A DNA stretch of 64,000 bases from Calditrichaceae bacterium (GTDB taxonomy: Bacteria > Calditrichota > Calditrichia > Calditrichales > JBFXGD01). This document shows, piece after piece, positions 58,932-64,000 of the stretch. The stretch is from the NCBI GenBank assembly GCA_050173015.1, contig JBFXLE010000010.1, positions 1 through 64,000 of the forward strand. The letters are read 5' to 3'. The notes below the pieces were generated by a model. That model saw only the letters and a program-made list of their open reading frames with translations. It was not told the origin of the DNA and made no database searches. Both the position numbers and the translations under genes were made by a program. The first letter of the stretch is position 1; each line of letters opens with the position of its first letter.

Positions 58932-59762
58932 TTAATTAGCTAAATCAAGACTTTTCTGAATAATATGTACCTTTGAACTATGCGGAAGCGGGGGAGAAAT
59001 TAATGACAAGGTGTCCGCGGTTCCGATCTTCAGAATTTCCAGAGTTTCTCCTCCATCCCCTGTTGAAAGCAGTTTGCCGGAAGCATCAAAATATCTGCTT
59101 TCTATGTACTCTCCCTTGATTTTTCCGACGTCAATCATGCCTTTTACACGTGTCTCTTCCCCCATGCCGGCTTCAATATTATTTATTAAAATCGTGATCA
59201 GTCCCTGTGAATTATCGACCCGATTAACAATACCTTGAACTTTAACTGAATCTGTTTTTAATTCTGCGCGTTGCCCTTTGTATATATAGCGGGCCTGTTC
59301 ATAGCTTAACGGTACTTTCAGAATCTGATAGTCATTGTTTCTGATCTCAAATAGCGGGGTCCCTGGACCGATGTTATCACCAACTTTAATAAATACTTTT
59401 GTGATTTCACCCGTCATTGGCGACCGGATGTCAATGGGTGTATATTCTTTTTGTTTTGAAAGGCTCCATAAACCGGCCAGAAAGTCGTTCTGATTTACTT
59501 TCTTGCCTTGTTCCACAAGCAGCGCTATCACATTCGAGCTATCCGCGGAGTATATAATTCTATGTTCAAAAGCTTCTGTCATCCCTTCAAACGGAATATA
59601 TACCTGCCGGTATTCATGATGGATATCCACAGAATCAGCAATCAGATTCATATCCTGAACTATGAGTTTTTGGTCCGGATTCTGATTCGCCTGACTCCCG
59701 CACCCACTAAGAGACAATTGAATCAAAATGCAAATGCCAGTAAAACTAATACCTGTACTCAT
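58932..59762 (-). CDS. Lipoprotein with biotin/lipoyl (HlyD-like) hairpin
   Basis: Lipobox LSGC; LLVEQGKKV, IRSPMTGEITKVFIKVGD. Confidence 0.7.
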   Translation of the reverse strand: MSTGISFTGICILIQLSLSGCGSQANQNPDQKLIVQDMNLIADSVDIHHEYRQVYIPFEGMTEAFEHRIIYSADSSNVIALLVEQGKKVNQNDFLAGLWSLSKQKEYTPIDIRSPMTGEITKVFIKVGDNIGPGTPLFEIRNNDYQILKVPLSYEQARYIYKGQRAELKTDSVKVQGIVNRVDNSQGLITILINNIEAGMGEETRVKGMIDVGKIKGEYIESRYFDASGKLLSTGDGGETLEILKIGTADTLSLISPPLPHSSKVHIIQKSLDLAN

Positions 59763-59885
59763 TAAGATTATTCCTGATATCTATTAACTCGATTATCGTC
59801 TTAATCCGTTGAATTGACTGATAACGCGGTCCAAAATCAATTTATCCTAAAAAATGATCCATTAATAATCTGGAATAATCGAATC

Positions 59886-59908
59886 TGTACTCCGGTTAGA
59901 TGAGTACA
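59886..59908. promoter_or_regulatory. Inverted repeat in the divergent promoter region, possible operator
   Basis: TGTACTC-N9-GAGTACA between divergent genes. Confidence 0.35.
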
Positions 59909-59996
59909 AAATATTCATTTATCGATGTTAAATTTAAAGTAAATCACTTTTACCGGAAAATAAACAATTTTTATCACAATTAAGGGGGATTTTTTT

Positions 59997-60533
59997 ATGA
60001 GCAAGGAATTTAAGAACCATCATTCAAATAAATTAGCGGGATTTACAAAAGGCTCCATTCTTCTGAGCGCTATTGCCGGATTAACGGTTGGTCAGGCGCC
60101 GGAGAATGTCTTTGCCTATTCACCGCTGGGATCGGGAAGCGAAGTGAGAGAAGCGCTTTCATCTCTGAATAACGCGCCTAAAGCGCCGGCAGAACTCAAA
60201 TGCGCGGGAGAGACTAAGAAATCCGCGGAGAAAAAAGCCGATGCCAAACATGAGGCAAAGGAGATGAAGGATGCAAAAGCGGCCGAGGCAAAATGCGGTG
60301 AAGGGAAATGCGGCGAATCTAAAGCCGATATGAAAAAAGCCGGCGCGATAAAGGACAGCGCGTCAGTAGAATCGAAGGCGGCCGAAGCTAAGTGTGGTGA
60401 GGGTAAATGCGGAGAGGGAAAGTGCGGTGAGGGTAAAGCTTCCGATAAAAAGGCTGTAGATAAAAAAGCCGATGCGGTTAATGATTCAAAGGCAGCGGAA
60501 GCCAAGTGTGGCGAAGGTAAATGCGGACAATAA
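59997..60533 (+). CDS. HvfA/oxazolin-like RiPP precursor with KCG(EGKCG) repeats
   Basis: Signal-like N-terminus, 8 Cys in (E/G/A/L)KC(G/A) contexts, Lys/Ala/Glu-rich; directly upstream of DUF692. Confidence 0.88.
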   Translation: MSKEFKNHHSNKLAGFTKGSILLSAIAGLTVGQAPENVFAYSPLGSGSEVREALSSLNNAPKAPAELKCAGETKKSAEKKADAKHEAKEMKDAKAAEAKCGEGKCGESKADMKKAGAIKDSASVESKAAEAKCGEGKCGEGKCGEGKASDKKAVDKKADAVNDSKAAEAKCGEGKCGQ

Positions 60534-60542
60534 TTATTCTTT

Positions 60543-60582
60543 GGGCAGGCATTTCTATCCGCCTGCCCGATTTTTATTTTTT
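60543..60582 (+). terminator. Intra-operon hairpin/terminator after the precursor gene
   Basis: GGGCAGGC/GCCTGCCC stem followed by a T tract. Confidence 0.7.
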
Positions 60583-60588
60583 TAAGGA

Positions 60589-61434
60589 GTGAGGCCTATA
60601 ATGATCAAGGGAGCCGGTTTGGGATTCAGGCGGCACCTTGCCGACGATCTGATTGGCGCGGAGAAAAACAAACCGCAGTTTGTGGAATTCGCGCCTGAAA
60701 ACTGGATGGGCATGGGCGGCTACTGGGGTAAAAAATTAAAAGCCGTAGTCGAAAAATATCCGATTATCAACCACGGGTTATCACTTTCCATCGGAAGCCC
60801 CGAACCGCTGGACTGGGATTTCCTGAAAGATCTAAAGAAATTTTTTAATGAATTCCCTGTACAGATTTATTCAGAGCATTTGAGTTACAGTAAATGCAAC
60901 AATGCTCATTTATATGACCTTTTGCCTATCCCCTTCCGCGAAGATGCTGTACGCCATATCGTTGACCGTATCAGACAAATCCAGGATTTTCTTGAACGGC
61001 CCATCGCTATCGAAAATGTTTCTTATTATACACCGGTCGCGGCGGAAATGGATGAAATTACTTTTATTAATACAATTGTTAATGAATCCGGCTGCAACCT
61101 TCTTCTCGACGTTAACAATGTTTATGTCAACGCCTTCAATCATCAATATGACGCCAAGGAGTTCATAAGCGGAATTCCTCTTGATAAAGTCGTTTATATC
61201 CACATGGCGGGTCATGAACAGGTCAGTCCGGACCTGATTATAGATACACACGGCCAGCCCATTATAGATCCCGTATTTGATTTATTTGAATGGACAATCG
61301 AAAGAGTTAAACCGGTTCCGGTACTTCTGGAACGTGATTTTAATATTCCTGAATTTGACGAACTGCAGGTTGAGTTAGGCCGTCTGCAGTCATTAATGGA
61401 ATTGAAATGGGAAGCTCAAAATGTTGTTGCGTGA
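60589..61434 (+). CDS. DUF692 multinuclear non-heme iron oxidase (MNIO, HvfB-like)
   Basis: GLGFRR, EFAPENW, HGLSLSIG, YSEHLS, DLLPIP, ENVSYY, LLDVNNVYVN, HMAGH, IDTHG, LLERD. Confidence 0.95.
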   Translation: MRPIMIKGAGLGFRRHLADDLIGAEKNKPQFVEFAPENWMGMGGYWGKKLKAVVEKYPIINHGLSLSIGSPEPLDWDFLKDLKKFFNEFPVQIYSEHLSYSKCNNAHLYDLLPIPFREDAVRHIVDRIRQIQDFLERPIAIENVSYYTPVAAEMDEITFINTIVNESGCNLLLDVNNVYVNAFNHQYDAKEFISGIPLDKVVYIHMAGHEQVSPDLIIDTHGQPIIDPVFDLFEWTIERVKPVPVLLERDFNIPEFDELQVELGRLQSLMELKWEAQNVVA

Positions 61435-62173
61435 AGAAACCCGTCAAATACAAAATGAGCTTGCGGACTACTGCCGCAGCGGTGTACCCCGTCCAATCAA
61501 AGGGGCTAAAGCGGATCGTTTGCACCACTACCGGAGACTGGTCTTCAATGTCATCAACGGTACCCTCGAAACCGCCTATCCGGTAACTCGTCAGATATTA
61601 CCCGAGGAAGACTGGACTCAGATGGTGAATGACTTTTTTATCAACCATAATCCTCAGTCTCCGCAGGTCTGGAAGATGCCTTATGAATTCTATATTTTCT
61701 GTTCAGAAAACAAATATTCTGAAAAATTTCACCGCCCTTATCTGACTGATTTGCTGTATTTTGAATGGATCGAGATTGAAGTACACACGATGGAGGACCT
61801 GATCATTCCGCCGTTTCAATCCGAAGGTGATTTACTTGAGAGCCCGCTCATCATCAATCCTGAGTTCCGGCTGATCCGATTAACTTATCCCGTACACAAA
61901 TTCTCTTCTGATGAACTTTCCGCGAATGCCGGTGATTACTTTATCCTCTGTTACCGGGAACAAAAAAATCTGTCTGTAAGATTTTTTGAGTTTTCCTCGT
62001 TTTTCGCGGTGGTGTTTGAGAAACTAATTAATAATCGTATTTCAGGAAAAGAAGCGTTAGCCGAAGCGGGAATGCTTTTCGACATTCATGACGAACAGGT
62101 ATTGCTTCAAAACGGACTGCCATTTTTTAACGATTTGTTTACTCAGGGTATCATTCTTGGTTTTGCCCCCTAG
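61421..62173 (+). CDS. DUF2063 (HvfC-like) MNIO partner / RRE protein
   Basis: RLHHYRRLVFN...AYPV...W..MV..FF..H...SP...EF, DLLYFEWIE; overlaps the DUF692 stop. Confidence 0.88.
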   Translation: MLLREETRQIQNELADYCRSGVPRPIKGAKADRLHHYRRLVFNVINGTLETAYPVTRQILPEEDWTQMVNDFFINHNPQSPQVWKMPYEFYIFCSENKYSEKFHRPYLTDLLYFEWIEIEVHTMEDLIIPPFQSEGDLLESPLIINPEFRLIRLTYPVHKFSSDELSANAGDYFILCYREQKNLSVRFFEFSSFFAVVFEKLINNRISGKEALAEAGMLFDIHDEQVLLQNGLPFFNDLFTQGIILGFAP

Positions 62174-62283
62174 AAAACCTCTTTTATCTGTTCTTTTTCT
62201 CCTTTTTAAAGATTATGTTTTAAATATCCCTTATTATTTTTAACTTGGCAGTTAAAAAATGGTATAAAGACCGGTAAGGGATA

Positions 62284-63777
62284 ATGAGCGATTATATCTA
62301 TTTCTGGATTGGTTTTCTGGCATACAGCATCATAGTCATCTGGATCGGATTCTATATCTGGAAGAAAGAAAAGGCATCGGGCAGGCACTGCGACAACTCA
62401 GCATACTGGTCGGCAAGCGGTAATCTATCCGGCTTATCCAGCGGACTCTCCATTTCCGCCAGCATGATGTCCATAAGCTGGTCATGTGTGTATGGAGTAC
62501 AGCTCTTTTACTGGTACGGACCGGGTGGCGCGTGGCTTCTTATTATCCCCTGGCTTATAACGATGGCCGGTTTTTTTATATTTGCCTCCCGTTTCCGGAA
62601 GTTTAAGACCTTTTCACAGCCGGAACTTCTCGAAAAACGCTTTGGATCAAAGGCAAGACAGCTGCTTGCTCCGGCGCTGATTGTAGTATTTATTACATGG
62701 ACGGGGGCGGAAATATATGCCGCCGGAAATATCATCGCGCCGTTTCTCGGTATATCGCTCAATCAGGCGCTGCTCATCATCACGATTGTTGTTTCTGTGT
62801 ACACATTTACCGGCGGATTCGAAGCAGTTGTTTCCACTGATAAGATTCAGTTTCTATTGGTCGCGGTTTTCATAACCAGCCTGGCTGTCATCGGCTGGAA
62901 CGCTTTGCCCGCCGGCGCTTCCATCTGGGATATCCCTCCGCCGCCAAAATTAAATCACCATTCAAATTTATTCGCGCCCGGTATCGCGCTTATCGCAGTC
63001 ACTTTTTTTGCCTATCTTCCGGGCTGGCTGATTGAAACCGATGTCTGGATCAGACTGCAGGCCGCAAAATCAAACGGAGCCGCGAGAAGAGGCATTTTGA
63101 TTGCAGGCATCAATTCCTTCGTTTTCGTTGGTGTCATGCCTCTGCTTATCGGCATGTCGGCATTAATACTTTTTCCTCCCGTTAACGGAATCATCCCGGG
63201 GCAGCTCAAGGACGGGACAGTAATACTAACCGTGCTTATGCAGAATTACGCGCCGGTCTGGTTAAATGTATTTTTGTCCATCGGTCTTATAGCCGCTGCC
63301 ATGTCCACCATCGACACCTGTGGCAATGTGGTTGCTCTCTCCTTCTCTTTCGACCTGGTCGAACCACATGTTCAAAACAAATGGTCCGCCGCCCGCTTAA
63401 ACAATTTCGCCCGGATCTCCTCGGTGGGGGCAGTATTTATATCCTATATTTACGCTATTTTTACAGAAAGTTTGTGGGATATTTTTTATCTTTCTTCCGG
63501 AATATTAACCACGACTGTTTTTATCCCGGTTATCAGCAGTTTTTTTAAATCGACCCAAAAAAGTCAAGTTCATTTTTCAATCGTTTTTGGCTTTTTATCC
63601 ACATTGATATTTTATTTTCTTGAATCACGCGGGAATATGGGATTTTTTGAACCATCGTTTTTATCCGGGACCGGGCTTAGTTATATCCTGTGGGGATTTA
63701 TTTTTTCCATTATCGGATTCTTTACCGGAAAATTGTTTTCCGGTTCCGGCGCAATGGACGAAAGAGCAGACATCTGA
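62284..63777 (+). CDS. Sodium:solute symporter family protein
   Basis: About 13 TM helices, PELLEKRFG, YTFTGGFEAVVSTDKIQF, AAAMSTID. Confidence 0.9.
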   Translation: MSDYIYFWIGFLAYSIIVIWIGFYIWKKEKASGRHCDNSAYWSASGNLSGLSSGLSISASMMSISWSCVYGVQLFYWYGPGGAWLLIIPWLITMAGFFIFASRFRKFKTFSQPELLEKRFGSKARQLLAPALIVVFITWTGAEIYAAGNIIAPFLGISLNQALLIITIVVSVYTFTGGFEAVVSTDKIQFLLVAVFITSLAVIGWNALPAGASIWDIPPPPKLNHHSNLFAPGIALIAVTFFAYLPGWLIETDVWIRLQAAKSNGAARRGILIAGINSFVFVGVMPLLIGMSALILFPPVNGIIPGQLKDGTVILTVLMQNYAPVWLNVFLSIGLIAAAMSTIDTCGNVVALSFSFDLVEPHVQNKWSAARLNNFARISSVGAVFISYIYAIFTESLWDIFYLSSGILTTTVFIPVISSFFKSTQKSQVHFSIVFGFLSTLIFYFLESRGNMGFFEPSFLSGTGLSYILWGFIFSIIGFFTGKLFSGSGAMDERADI

Positions 63778-63984
63778 ACGCCGTTTTTTAAATACAAGCG
63801 TTTTAATATCAGCAAAATTATCCTCATTACATTCCGGTAAAATGTGCCATAAATCACAGCCATTTATTTTATTAATCGATAAAATCAACAAGGTCAATTA
63901 TATGAACGGAAATAGATATTTAAATGCAAGCGTTTAATTTGGGGTCGTGTTGTTCAAAATTTAATTCAATCTAAGGAGAATTTC

Positions 63985-64000
63985 ATGAAGAAGTTATTAC
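63985..64000 (+). CDS. Start of a CDS truncated by the window edge
   Basis: AAGGAG RBS then ATGAAGAAGTTATTA (MKKLL..., signal-peptide-like). Confidence 0.5.

Overview
Bacterial chromosome segment, mostly encoded on the - strand. Gene content, including a YPNPFNP-type C-terminal secretion domain, suggests an FCB-group organism such as Calditrichota; this is inference. Zones: (i) 1-6.2 kb, a mosaic repeat array plus small hypothetical and redox genes. (ii) 6.2-21.2 kb, a defence island: type I R-M (hsdM-hsdS-[REP-flanked Y1 transposase]-rhuM-hsdR), two integron-like attC cassettes without an integrase (GIY-YIG-like + RloC-like ATPase/HEPN; orphan GHKL ATPase), and an AbiE-type toxin-antitoxin pair. 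(iii) 21.4-41.4 kb, about 20 kb of co-oriented genes that read as a self-contained ECF sigma regulon. Six promoter-like motifs, YRCAAG-N16-CGTCW, precede units encoding anti-sigma/Spy-like proteins, MacAB + secreted CotH kinase, HlyD-VTC-DUF4956-Cthe_2159-CotH, PAS-like/lipoprotein, ferredoxin-cytochrome b-Tat flavoprotein, and a DUF1566 lipoprotein. This is the best candidate for an undescribed system. (iv) 41.5-43.4 kb, a RAYT-type transposase whose 3' end and internal REP are tandemly amplified. (v) tRNA-Phe followed by core genes (mlaD-like, PTS IIB/IIA, hprK, hpf, xerC, topA, smg, recJ, UvrD-DnaQ fusion, holC). (vi) 60-63.8 kb, an MNIO (DUF692) RiPP cluster with a KCGEGKCG-repeat precursor, then a sodium:solute symporter. 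All family calls come from motif recognition by eye; no database searches were run.
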